DNA of 63,121 nucleotides, filler included, from Cercozoa sp. M6MM (taxonomy: Eukaryota; Protista; Endomyxa: Ascetosporea), in the NCBI GenBank assembly GCA_040357565.1. It is 6 parts of 6 records of this genome, joined end to end, with 100 filler letters (N's around TTAATTAATTAA, not from the genome) between each part and the next. Parts side by side here need not be neighbours in the genome. Positions count along the whole stretch, not along the records: positions 21,675 to 45,037 come from JBDODJ010000171.1; 5 more parts are not named here. The stretch is one strand, 5' to 3'. Position numbers and translations under genes: made by a program. Under the pieces are notes generated by a model. It was not told the DNA's origin, did not search any database, and worked only from the letters and a program-made list of their open reading frames with translations. Positions 23,817 through 36,000 of the stretch are shown piece after piece. Each line of letters opens with the position of its first letter. Position 1 is the stretch's first letter.

Positions 23817-24196
23817 CGTCTCTGTCGTCTCTCTGGACATAAAGGCGACACAAAACGTACCACGAGGAAGAAGATAAACAGAACAAAGGAGGCGCGAAAC
23901 ACGATTTGATTTCCGACGCACTTGTCGCTCGTGCCCGTTGCCATTTCACACAGTGTTTTCTCGCCCAGGAAAAAGTCGATCTTCTCATCTGCAGTGCAAG
24001 TAACAATCACCATCAACACAAAACAGCTGAGCAAGTCAGATGCACCAGCAAACAGGTTGACGACAAAGGCGAAAATCAAGGTCAGCGCCACGAGAAGCAA
24101 GTAAGGCAACCGACTGGCCGGAGAGCGCGGCTTGGTCATCGAAGAGACGCCACTGGCGGCGCATCCGCAAGCCAAGCAGGCGACGCCGCAGCACAT
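21777..24196 (-). CDS. SERINC: Serine incorporator (Serinc/TMS1) membrane protein, 3'-truncated
   Basis: Cys-rich N-terminus MCCGVACLACGC, then CVGNQIVFRASFVLFIFF, WGLKLLLW, HGSLLVSSIVTAYSTW, ALNSDP and MYSAMLFTNWG. Confidence 0.92.
22793..22856. repeat. (GA)n microsatellite, intronic
   Basis: Direct reading of the sequence. Confidence 0.95.
23003..23128. repeat. G-rich minisatellite, 13-14 bp unit GGGTAGGG(G)TACAT, about 9 copies, in a Serinc intron
   Basis: Tandem units are visible directly. Confidence 0.9.
23682..23815. repeat. (CA)n microsatellite with an internal 10-N scaffold gap
   Basis: Direct reading of the sequence. Confidence 0.95.
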
Positions 24197-24544
24197 CCTC
24201 TTTTCTCTCGAAACTCGAGCTGCCCAGAACCGCTGAAATAGACGTCTAACACGGCCACGAAGTAAAACAGACACCGCTAGAGTGTACTGGAACTTCAGTC
24301 ACCGCTCTGTATCGTGCAATTATTTTGTCGGTGAGCAGAAACCGGAATGTAAATATTTATGAACATCTTTTGGCCAACGTGTTGGCGCGCTAGTGCTGAG
24401 CATCGTTATATAACCCGAAAGAAACCAGTCAGCGGAAGAAAGCTGAAGTCCGACACAATATTCGGGCATTCAGAATTTGGGGTTACATGCGTTTTCCTGA
24501 AAGTAGAGCGTCGTGGATCGATAGGACTTCATCGTGCGACTCCG

Positions 24545-26519
24545 ATGAGTGCGAACGAGCGGTTCATGGAGGCACGACAGCGACTCCGCCCGACACCCTC
24601 GAGCTCTCCTCAGTAAACTATGTCCACCCCGCGCGGCTGAGTGATTGTCGCTGCAGCTGGTATTTTGACATGTTTCTGATTGTATCAACAGAACAGGCAA
24701 ACCGTTGGGCAAGTCGAGTCCTCTCAAACTCGTCGCAAAGAGGTGACTTTTCGCAAGCAGTCTGTTTTTTCCTTTTTAATTCGGGTTCCTCTGCAGCAAG
24801 TCTACCTCACCACGCAACTTGGAGTATGAGGTACTCAAGCTTAACGAAAAATAAAAAACTGAAGGTCGCACGACTGTGTGCGCAGACATCGGGCGACGAG
24901 TGGCGCACATCGGGTGACACTGACCACAGTGGGTGCGACAGCCTTTGTGTTAGATGTCTCCCTGTAGATTTACTGTGCTATTGCATTGATGCACACAAAG
25001 AACGACGCGAAGTCTCGAGTTCGACAGTGACGACAAAGGCCAAGATAACAGTGACGTCGGCCTGAACATGCATGACGATTACGAAGAAGATGACATGATC
25101 GACGTGGTCGCATCCGAGGATATCGAGAGTGACAGTGCGGAAATCGAGGTTCTACGTTCCGAGGAAGACAGAGTGCTACCCCGGAGTAGTGCTACCAATG
25201 TTGACAACAATACCGCCGTGGCTTTCAACAGGCAGGCGTTCGACAACGTCGGCAACAGCAGCGACCTGGACAGCACCACGGACAGCGAGTTCTCGGTTTC
25301 CTTTGACGAGCACGGTCACAGCGACCGAGGCATCGAACCAGAAATTGTCGACATGGAAGCTCAGAATGAGTACACAGAACCGACTGGTCGGGAAGCACCA
25401 GTCGTCATGCAGGGCACGGTGCACAACGAGACACACCCGATTGTCGACGATGTTGGCGTTGTAGCTGACGTGCCAGCAGTGATCGAGCCAGAAATGCCGC
25501 CTGTCGTGTATGGCACCGTCTCACCTCTGGAGCCTACAGGTCCAGAAGAGGAAGAGGTTATTGCTCCGGAGTCCTCGCACCCGAGTTCTCCTTCCGAGTC
25601 GTTGTCGTTGCACATGGTGACACCGAGTGCACCCGTGTTGCAGGCATCCACACCGACGCGTCTCTCTGTTTCGCCGCTCAACCTTGCTGGTACTCTGGGA
25701 TCAGTCAGTGCTTGAGGTATACGTACTACGCTATGAACTGCTGCCTTAGAACCCAGTGAGGAAGAGCTTTCCCACGGCCGTCCGATCAAGCGACGTCTGC
25801 GCGAGGACATTGCTGCCGCCATCGACGACTACGTCGCACACCGACGACGCACCTCGGTCGTGCAGCACCAGCTGGAGCACTCGCGCGACCTCCTGAAGGA
25901 AGAGCGCGAAACCGCTCGTCGCAAACTCGTGGAACGTGAGGCAGCGCAGCGCATTTCCGTGCTGCACAACATCTGCGACGAGTTAGAGGTTCTCTGCGTT
26001 TTAGAGAAACATCTAAGACAGACTTCTTTAATAAACAAGCGCATAATTTACCTGTCTCAATAGGCAAAGTCGCAAACCCTGGGTCGCCAAGTGATGTCGC
26101 TGCAGCAGTTGCGCACTGCCTACGCTGATGTCTACCATCGTCAGCAACTTATTCCACTAGTATCCTTGCCTACAGTCTACTGTCTGTGCGTCGGTGTTTA
26201 CAAACAATGTCGTTGTGCCAGAGAGAGCAACTGCAGAATGCAAGAGAAGTCTTGGCGCAAACCATGCAGCGAGTGCAGTCGTGCGTTTCGTTTTTGTTTT
26301 AGTTTGTGGGTCGGGCACAGTACATACAGTAGCGGTGTAATTTTACTTTGGGCTGTGGTTTGCAGGAACGCTTCCGATTTCTTGAGCGTCTTTGAGACGC
26401 AGCGCAATTTCTTGCAGTCGCAGATCGCGGAAGAACGCGAAAGTCGCGAGACTCGCAAAAGGCATCTGCTCGACCAACTCCAGTTCGCTGAAAGAGAACT
26501 CGAGCTGCTGTCAAAGTAA
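24545..26519 (+). CDS. Hypothetical protein with acidic low-complexity middle and coiled-coil C-terminus
   Basis: ORF 25068-25715 plus spliced exons ...LLKEERETARRKLVERE...|REQLQNAREVLAQ...|...AERELELLSK*. Start is approximate. Confidence 0.6.
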
Positions 26520-27152
26520 ATTCAGTATTCGTTCGCTTGGCTACTCTACTAAAGTACCAAACGCCGCTAACGTAAATCCTCCTTAGCCGGGACTACAGGT
26601 ATGTAAAACTTATATATATATATATATAAATATATATATCGGTCCAGTACCCCCCCCCCGGCGGCCGGGCGGTTATTGACAAAAACGTGAACACACACCT
26701 CGCCTGGACATAAGGCGAGAGATACCAGTCCGCGACGAAACTACGATAGTCGTCACGGTTTTCGGTCCGTTCGGTTGTATTCAACTGTACTGTCAAACTG
26801 TCGTGTGCATCCTAACGAGAAGAAACAAGAAACACAAGCCGAAGAACAAGAAGAATCAACGGGTGACTAATCACTAGTTGTACTGTAATCAAATGGCATA
26901 GACATTTCGCGGAGCTTTCATCCTACCGCGTAAACCGTAAATTACAATTGTACTAACGGTCGAGTTTTAATACAATACGGTGATTTAGATTTAAAGCGTG
27001 ACGCGCCCGACCACTGAGGCCGCATACAGATACAATAGGCAGTTAGCTACTATTCGGTTAAAGATGCTCGCTTTCTTCAAACTCGTCAAGGAAGTGCTGT
27101 GCATTCTCGAAACCGTTCATTTCGCCCTAGAAAAAACAAGCGCAAACTCACT

Positions 27153-28742
27153 CTAGACCGAACGAGATCTCTGACATCCCACATCAAGCACAAACGCAGG
27201 TTCCTTCCTTCGTTAAGAGGGTGGATACCTGAAAATCGCGCAACGTTTCAAAGATTTGATGGCGCGAGTTCATCACGAACGGGCCGTATTGAGCGATCTC
27301 CTCGTTGATAGGCTCGCCAGCACACAACACGAACACCGCGTTTTCCTAACCAACATTGAAGTGATCATTCGCTGAGTTTTCACCGACAAAGTCAGAAACA
27401 GAATGGATGAGAAGGGCTATCGATATCGATACCGTGGCTTTGGCATCGCAAGCTACGCGAATGCGGGCTCCGTCGCGCTTGAACTCCACAACCTGCCGGT
27501 GCGATATTTAAATAAATTGAAATGAAAATGACCGGGGTGATGTCAGATTAACACTTACATTTTGAGTGCCGACTTGCGTGTCGTTGACGGTGGCCTGTCC
27601 GTCGATAATGTACAGGAATGCGTTCCAGTCTTCGTTGATCAACTTTTCAAACACTCCTCCGGGCTTGAGTGTCACCTGGGAAGCACATACACACACCACA
27701 CAGTATGTTACACTCACAGATTCAAACAGCAGAATATACATGCAGGTAGTCGATGGGTGTGACAGTGCGCACGGAGGCACTTTCGCCCAGTGCGTCGCCC
27801 GCAAAGATACGCACGTGTGTCTGACACGGTCATCAATATCGACAAATGGCTTAGTAAAATAGGAAAGAGTAGCTAAGGTACCAGACCGTCCTCGGAGGTG
27901 ACCTCGGGCACATTTTTTGACTTCAGTTCCTGGTATCTCGGTTCCATCATCTTCTTGTTCGCTGGCAAGTTGATCCACAACTGCAGTCCACGCAAGCGAC
28001 CCGTCTCTGGGTCCTACAGACATTCTTGAAACGTGCAACTGGGAAAAGTCACAGGAGCGTACAGCCGCATGCGGCATCTCGGCGTGCACAATTCCTCTGC
28101 CTGCGGTCATCCCTGCAGTCAGTCGGTAGAGTCGAGATGAGTTCAACAAAAGCAAGGCATCAAGCAGGCATAACACAAACGGAGGTACACTGCAAATCGC
28201 CAGGCTCCAACAGACCGTGATTACCCTAGCAGTTTTAGAAGGAAGAGTGAACCTGCAAGGGACGATTTCTTCCAACCAACTGAGTTTTACCTTGAAGTCA
28301 GTGTGCGTGTTGCTGCCTTCCAGCATGTAGGTCACTGTCTCGAATCCACGGTGAGGGTGCGGAGGGAAACCAGCACCAGGCTGCACAGAACCGCGTTTCA
28401 CACATGAAGAACGTACACTACTGTAAACTCAGCATTGAAAAGACAAGTAAAAGTAACGATACGGCAAGGTCCTTCACTTTCATACAGAACTCATCAAGCA
28501 TCAGAAACGGGTCGATCCGCGGTCTGAAACAAACACAATATAGACTATTTTGAATAAAGATAACAAATCGTTACAATCTGCGGTTTCCAATCGCTCGCCG
28601 AACCTGAAAGATAGATATCCGAACAACACCAGACCCAATATTTAAAGTGCGACTTGAGGAAGATTACCAAGACCATGTGGCCCTCAGGTTGCTCGATAGT
28701 ACGCACAACTTGTCTAACTGAACGCATCTTGTTGTCGCCCAT
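27153..28742 (-). CDS. PIR: Pirin (bicupin) family protein
   Basis: IDPFLMLDEF, GFPPHPHRGFETVTYML, MTAGRGIVHAEMP, GLQLWINLP and GEPINEEIAQYGPFVMN. The last exon is uncertain. Confidence 0.93.
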
Positions 28743-29167
28743 TCTAATCTTGCCCTGTCCCTACGATGCAACACAAAGCAATACAATAAAAAATAAACAC
28801 CAACCTGTTCTATGATGGTATGTCGAAACGCACGTTTAGGCTTCCTCGTGCTTTAAAAAATGTAAAAAATACTTCAAAAAAGTGTGTGTTTGTTAGTAAA
28901 GCGAGAGGACGAAGGTTCGGGTTTGGATTCCATAGGGCAAACTGGTCTCGTTGCGCTGATCGCACAAAATGATCAGGGCAACCTGGGTGATCGATCCTGT
29001 CTGCCCAGCGTAGACGGTGCAACCGTGGAAGACGGTTGTCATGCCCGATCATGTTGTCAGTCAGTCCATGATCAGAATTAGATTATAATTATCCGATTAT
29101 TGATAACTGAACGCAAGATAGCTCAAGTCGAGTCTACCCTTCGCTTCATCAGTTTTACGCGTCAATT

Positions 29168-32100
29168 TTAGCGCACAGCCACGATATCGTCAATCTTGAG
29201 GAGCACGCGCGCCAGCTCGGACGCCAAGGAGAAGGCACTATAGAATACACAGGTGGAATGCACACACACACACACGCACGGGCGCGCGCAGGTAAAACAG
29301 CGACAGCGAGAGGGACAGTGGCACCTCTTGGACACGAGGAGTGGTTGGATGACGTTCTCCTCGAGGATGTTAGTGACGGCGGCCTTGCGCACGTTGACGC
29401 CGGCGTGCACGTTGCCGAGCGCGTGCTCGCGTCGCAGCTCGGTCACGAGCTTGATTGGGTTCATGCCAGCGTTCTCGGCCAGCGTGTAGGGGATCACCTC
29501 GAGTGCGTCGGCAAACGCCTTGACGCAGTGCGCCTGGATGCCACCAAGTTCGTCGGCCCACTTGGCCAGTTGTACGGCACACTCGACCTGTGCAATATTG
29601 CACAGCAAGGTACACAATGGAGAAAGTAAGGACACAAAGACACACGCACCTCAGGTGCGCCACCACCCGGCAGCAAGTAGCGCTCCTTCACCAAAGAACG
29701 GATGACACACAGGGCGTCCTGGACAGACACATATGCACATGTAGAGAGAGACAGAGAGACAGAGAGACAGAGAGACAGAGACAGAGAGACAGAGAAACAA
29801 GGCTACGTGCATTGAGCGATCGGCCTCGTCGAGCATGTACTGGTTGCTGCCACGCACGAGCACGGAGACTGTGCGGCCCGGGTTGGCGACGCCGGTGACC
29901 TTGACGATCTTGCCGGACGAGGTGTGCACCTCCTCGACGAGACGCGCCTCGCCAAGTTTGCTCTTGTGGAAGGTGTCGACGCTCGCGATGGGCGTGCAGC
30001 CCAGCGTCTTGGAGATGAACTCAATGTCCTCTCTGCGTCATCAGACAATACAAGAGAAGAAAAGCGCACAGGTGTAGGCAGAGGCACCTCTCAATGTCGC
30101 GAATCACCATGATGCCTGCACGACGAGGAGGGATATAGGGGGGGGGGATGTACACAAATGGAGGGACCCTTGCGAGCCAGGTAGTGCAGCGACAGGTCGT
30201 TCACGGCGTCGCGCAGAATGCTCTTCTGGATCAACAGCACGTTGCAGCCTGCACAACACAACGGTGATGAGGTAACGTGTAGTACAGGGTACAGAAGAAA
30301 ACGTGAAACTGGCAAAGGAGACTACCGGTCTTGGCAATCGTCTTGACCATCTTGACGATGTACTTCTTCTCCTCGGCGAGAATGCGGTCCATCTGCTGGT
30401 AGTCGTTGATCACGACGCTGTTCTCCATGTTAGTCTGTCACACATAGGCACATAGGCACATAGACAGTATATAGGGAGAGTGCACCGGGATAGGTACAGG
30501 GGACGGGACCCACCTTAGGCGACGACAACTGGAACTGAATCAAACCGATCTTGGCGTTCTCGATACGCGTGGGGCCACCTGCGACAATACAGGGAATGAA
30601 GTGCATGTACAGCAATGGCACTAGGTTTAGGGGGTGGGAAGAATGGAAAAGGAAGGATGGTGATGTGTATAAGATGCGTATCAAATGGTATTAAAGAACC
30701 TTGTCCTGAAAAGGAATTGTGTTTGTTAAGAAACAAAACACAAATGGGAAGGGGAGTGGGAGTGGGGTGGTGAGATGGGGAATTGAGTATGTGGGAATGA
30801 GTATAAACCTGTGTAAATAAGTTTCATAGTGCCACAGAAATATGTATGGGTGTGTTAAAGTGTGAGGTATAAGTGGTTGCAATGGGGAAGGGTATGAGCA
30901 CACGCACAAGAGCAAAAGATACCGCCAGCACGCGTGGCACGCTGGTCGAACACGAGACCCTCCACGAGTTCGGTGTCGTCCACCTGCCACATACCAAACA
31001 CACATACATGCAGAACAGATAGAACCTCAGGAGCCTAAAGAGCAAGGTACAGTGCCACCCAGCTTGGACACAACCTTGATGTCTCGCAGGTCCACTGTCT
31101 GCGCCTTGTCGTCCTTGAGCACTAAGGTGTGTGGATGTATGTGTATACATGTAAGTATACATGCACTTGTAGGGCGGTGTTGGGCACAACGTACACCGTC
31201 GCACGGCCTCGACAGCAATGGGCGCCAGCGTCGCTGAGTGCTCCGACACCACCTTGGAGTTGAGCGACGTGATGGCACTTCGAACCAGTGCTTCCGTGTC
31301 CTGACATTGCACACGGGGTAACACAGACATACACATACACACAAGTAATTTTTGCATAAGGAAGCAGCGGATCTACCTTCAGATCGACCGGGATCGCCAT
31401 GCCTCGCATTACTTCGATGCTCTTGGCACACGCCGCCGTAAACGCATCGGCAACAGCGCCCTGCGACACACATACAAGCATAGTGAGCGCAAAGTTGAAG
31501 AGAGTAGGGAGGGAATGTACCGGGTGCACACCTTGCCCCAGCAGCTCCTGACACTTGCCGAGCAACGCGCCGGTGAGCACAACGACCGACGTCGTGCCGT
31601 CGCCTGTTTGCAGACGTATGCATATCAGCAAGTCCAACAAAACCAAGGAGACACACCTGCTTCGACGTCCTGCGTCTTTGAAAGCTCGATCATCATCTTG
31701 GCGGCTGGGTGCGACACCTTGATTTTTGACAGAATCGTCGCACCTGCATTCCGGTCGTATTAAAACTCAAAAGCACAAGAACAACTGAATTCAAAGCGTA
31801 CCATCGTTGGTGAGCACGACCTCGCCAGTGTCGGTGGTGATCATCTTGTCCATACCGCGGGGACCTAGCGACGTGCGCGCACTACAACACGCAACACAGA
31901 AGCAAGATACAGAAGCAAGATGCGCACATCAGGCACAAGATGTTCATGTACAGATCAGCGACGGCCTTGGCGGCCAGAAGGTTGCTCGTGCGCACATCGC
32001 GCTGCTTTTCAGTGCCCGTACTGCACCCGTGCCAAGGAAATAAATGTTGACTCTCAGTTCGAAGTTGAAGGTTCGGCAAATGTCCAAAAAAAGATATTAT

Positions 32101-32288
32101 TGCAAACTCATTGAATCCAATGTCTGCCAAAAAGACAGCGAGCAAGAAAGCACAGATCTGCGGGGGGATCGGTTGATTCTGGATCCGCCTCGCCTCGCTC
32201 AGCACAGAGCGAAAAAACGCAAAACATGAAAACGCTGGTACAGGCGCTGATTGACGCCGGTAGACGGCTTTGCAGGCTGCTGGCTCAT
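29168..32288 (-). CDS. CCT4: T-complex protein 1 subunit delta (16 introns by my reconstruction)
   Basis: [17 protein letters not shown]|[61 protein letters not shown] and [11 protein letters not shown]. Confidence 0.97.
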
Positions 32289-32502
32289 CTCTGACAACAA
32301 GCAGAAGCGCAAAGGGAGCAAGGCTGCTGTGTGTCCAGTTAGGCACTTCCTTAAATTTTTCTAAAGAGCGCCGGATTTTTTGTTTTTGATTTTGGAACCG
32401 ACAAATACCGACATCATCGGCTGGACGGCCACAAAAGCCAAACTTTCACTTCACGTTTCTGAGTGTGTCTGTAGTCGTAAGCACGGTACAGTTGCAGAGG
32501 TT

Positions 32503-33770
32503 ATGCCAACAATCGCAAGTTTTTTCAACAGTTTATTCTCAGTCATTGTTGGGCAGCTAGCTGACGCCAGGGACGTGTGCATAGGCTTTCTACACTTTTT
32601 CCAGCTCTGGTGGCACACAGATCGGCGCGTGTTTTGTCTTTCCAAACACGATTGCTCATTTGGTGCCAATCGAAAAGAAACGCCTGGAAAAACGTGGCAG
32701 GTCGGTTGGTCACCAGAACGATTATAATATTACTGACCATGCCCACGCGGTCATTTGATTGTTGCAATGTTGTCATTCTGCAAACAGGCAGCTGCTTGGG
32801 TTGCGCTGCGGCGAGGTGTGCTCGATCTGTCTGGAGGATCTAACGGCAACGTCGCCGCTGCAGCTGCAGGCCGGATCGAATGTCTTGTCACGCACCTGCT
32901 GCAAACACGTCTTTCACGACGGCTGCCTGGAGCGTTGGCTGCGCACAGGCAAGCACTCGGTAACGTGTCCTGTGCCCAGACTAGCTTGCTGGCTGTTGGT
33001 CCGATGATGCGCATGTGTGCACAGTGTCCACTCTGCCGAACGGCGCACTGCATGAAAGAGAAGCGTCCCTCGTGCTGCCGCTCGCTGATGCTGGCGCTGC
33101 ATGCCATCCTGACTTTCTTGGAGCAAGTGCTGCGCCTGTTGACGCTGCACCACGTCGCACCGGTCGAACAGGAAGCGCCGCTGCTGCGAGGTCCGGGACG
33201 TTTCCTGGTGAGCGACAATGGCGACATTACCGTGTTACCTGCGCCTGACAGTGTGAGTGCCTCTACTGTGCGTGCCCTACCTTTGTGCGAGATTAAATCT
33301 GTGTCTGCAACAGGCTGCCACAACAGACCGAGAGTACTGGAGTACGGTGGAACAGAGGATCCTCGACAGCGTGCTCGCACAGTCGGAACAAGAGCACCGG
33401 CAGCATTTGCAACAACAGCAACAACAACGACAGCAACATCAACAACATCAACAGCAACATCAACAACAGCAACATCAACAACAACAACGGCAACGACAGC
33501 GACAGCGACAGCGACAACGACGATCGCAACGACGACGATCACGGCAGCGACAGAGACCAAGTGCGCAATTGCGAGTCGATACGCATCTCGACGGACAAGA
33601 GAACTCGCGACCCGACACCGAAGCTCTCGAAATGTACGCGAACCTTCCAGTTTCCCTTTCCTAGTTAAAAAGTTACTCGTCATGTGTTGTCCTGCAGGGT
33701 CTCCTCGCTGTTCGGTGACTTGGACGCCAGCGACCGCCAGGTACGACAACGCGCCGCTACAGTGCCGTGA
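32503..33770 (+). CDS. RING-H2 E3 ligase-like protein with polyQ/QR tract (start approximate)
   Basis: CSICLEDL...CKHVFHDGCLERWL...|CPLCR, followed by an exon with Q/H and QR repeats. Confidence 0.8.
33409..33558 (+). repeat. Coding CAA/CAG/CGA trinucleotide repeat (polyQ then QR)
   Basis: Direct reading; matches ORF 33257-33664. Confidence 0.9.
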
Positions 33771-34430
33771 CGAGCGAGTGCCCGTCCTGTCCCAAGCACC
33801 CACACACTCCAGTCAGGCCAGACCGAAATGCGGTCTCGTCGCGTCTCCCCGCAACTCACAAAAACGCCACCCATGCGCCACTCTGCAACAATCGAAGCGC
33901 GGCGAAACCGCATGTCGGACCACCCCATTTCAGCCCAGCCGCCTAGTCATCGGGTGCGAGCGCGGGATAGGAATCGAAGGTGAGGCGAGGTAGGCATTCG
34001 ATGGTTTCGCCTCCTTCGACGCGATCAATAAAATTTAAATGTTCAATCAACGCACTCTCAGCCTCACTCAAACTTATCATTTCCGGGGTCGATACGTATG
34101 CGCGGCGATCGATAGCTACTGCAGGTCGAGTAAGCGAATTCGAAGCCGCAAGCCTGATTGAGAGCAGTTGAAATGAGTAAGCATGTTTCATACTAAATTT
34201 AAGTTTACTTTACTAAATGTAATTTATAGTTCAGTTCACCTGCAAAATGAAATGAATAATTTTCCTCATGAGGAGTTACTAAATTGACTGGTAGTGCAAA
34301 ACCAGCCGCATGTCATGCACTGGTGCACTGTATGCAGTATACGGGGGACAGTATCTGCAATATGAACGCTCGGTTCAGAGTTTGCACATTGCTCAGTTCA
34401 GTTGAGAGTGCTCGCGTCGGTTTCGACATC

Positions 34431-35770
34431 TCAAAACGGGATTTCTTGCCCGTGCCGGTCAAAGAACTTTCCGTTGTGCTCGCGATTTGCCTGTAGTATA
34501 TTTTACGTACTGACATGTGCTATTGAGCGTTTATATATTCTAGTTATACCTGATCGAGAAAGCCCAACACCAGCTCGATGGACTCAGGGGCTGAACAAAC
34601 CCAGCATCGTTAAGTTCCATCTGGACTACTAAAACTTATAGCACGTGGAATTGTACGTTCAAGCGGCGGATGGACACGGCCGTAGTTCGAACCCATGTCG
34701 GTATTGACCCAACCAGGACACATCTGTACACAATTCAAAAATTAATACCTCAGCTTACATGTGAAGTTCAAGAATACAGCAAGCACGGTGACGTGCTCGT
34801 TCGCGGGGTCCAGCGCAATCAGACGTGTCATCATGTTTGCCGCTGTCTTGCTGCACTTGTACGCCTTTACACATGATGTAAATTTACAAGTAATTTAATC
34901 TGCATGCAGTTTTATCACTGACTGCCCAGTGTGTTCGTTTGCACCGGTCCAATGTAGCTTCCGTCAGTGTTGGAAATCGAGCCGGCGCCTGGACAGAACG
35001 TGTGAACGAAAGAGAGGGGGTTTTTGTGAAACTGCACAAGGGTGTACCACTTGTGATGGCAACGAATTTGGCGTTTCGTCGAGCCAGCAGCGGGAAGAAG
35101 GCATTCGCAACGCGTGCGATGCCAAGACAGTTGACATCGAAGTCGCGCTGCGCAGCCGTCAGTAGTGCAGACATCTCAGTGCTTTGCGAGATAACCGACG
35201 CAATGCGAGGCTTTTTGAACTTTATGACAGTAAACTTAGTTTGTCGCACAGGGAAAAGCAAAAGCACCAGCGTTGTTGATCACGCAGTCCAACCTCTCGC
35301 CTGGGGATACATCTTTTAACAAGGTATCTGTGTCAGTGTTTTGAAAACAGAATACCACCGCCTAGTAGAGAGGCAGCAACGATTTGTTTCGCTTCAACGA
35401 CACTATCATTGTCCGACACGTCCATCGGCACAATCTTAATGTTGCCTCCTGATTCCCGCTGCAGTTCCTTCAGTTCCTGTTTCGCAATGTAAATCAATAT
35501 TACAGAATGAGTCAGTTCCAGTTTATCGTTCGCAGATTTTCACTTGGGTCAAGTTCTGGGGTGTTTTGTACCGTTGCAGCACTCACATTGCGCGCCGTCG
35601 CGAATACTCGCGATGTACGTGACAGCTGCTTCACGAATTCGCTGCAGAATCAAGTTTACTGTAATTTATATAAATTAATGAGCGGTTAGCTGCACAACCG
35701 AAAGAGACACGGACAAAAGTCAATACAGTCCCAAGCCACGATTTGCGCCTGTCACAAGGTAGTTCATCAT
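34431..35770 (-). CDS. Short-chain dehydrogenase/reductase, CsgA/C-factor-like
   Basis: YLVTGANRGLGL|EFVKQL, VINNAG, GSIS, AYKCSK (YxxxK), CPGWVNTDMG and NGKFFDRHGQEIPF*. Confidence 0.93.
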
Positions 35771-36000
35771 CGAGGCAAGTGACAGCTTTAGTTGAATGCA
35801 CACTAGCTGATACGTGAAGCTTGATGCAGCTGCAGGGTGCCAGTTGTCAGAAGTCCTAAGTTGAGTCGGATTTTCATTTTTTACGCCCAAGGGACAGCAT
35901 CGAGTCGGCTGGCATGCGAGTCCGATCCCCAATCCGCAGTGTAGCTTGCTGATTCGATCCCGAATCGGTTAAATACAAGTCAGTAAAAAGAGACGCGCAG

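Noticed and set aside
26160-26221. GTATCCTT donor suggesting a U12 minor intron
   Set aside because: There is no TCCTTAAC-type branch point near the acceptor, and donors in this window are generally degenerate.
26581-26600. CCTGTAGTCCCGGCTA on the minus strand, similar to the SRP/Alu 5' domain
   Set aside because: Only about 16 nt match. The flanks are a TA microsatellite and no SRP S-domain motif follows.
28381-28490. Apparent non-canonical intron in pirin
   Set aside because: It resolves as canonical: DEFCMK|GTGAAG...GTGCAG|PGAGF.
32751-33993. Long 350-412 aa ORFs with poly-Thr or poly-Val tracts
   Set aside because: They are alternative-frame and antisense read-through of the CAA/CAG repeat in the RING gene.
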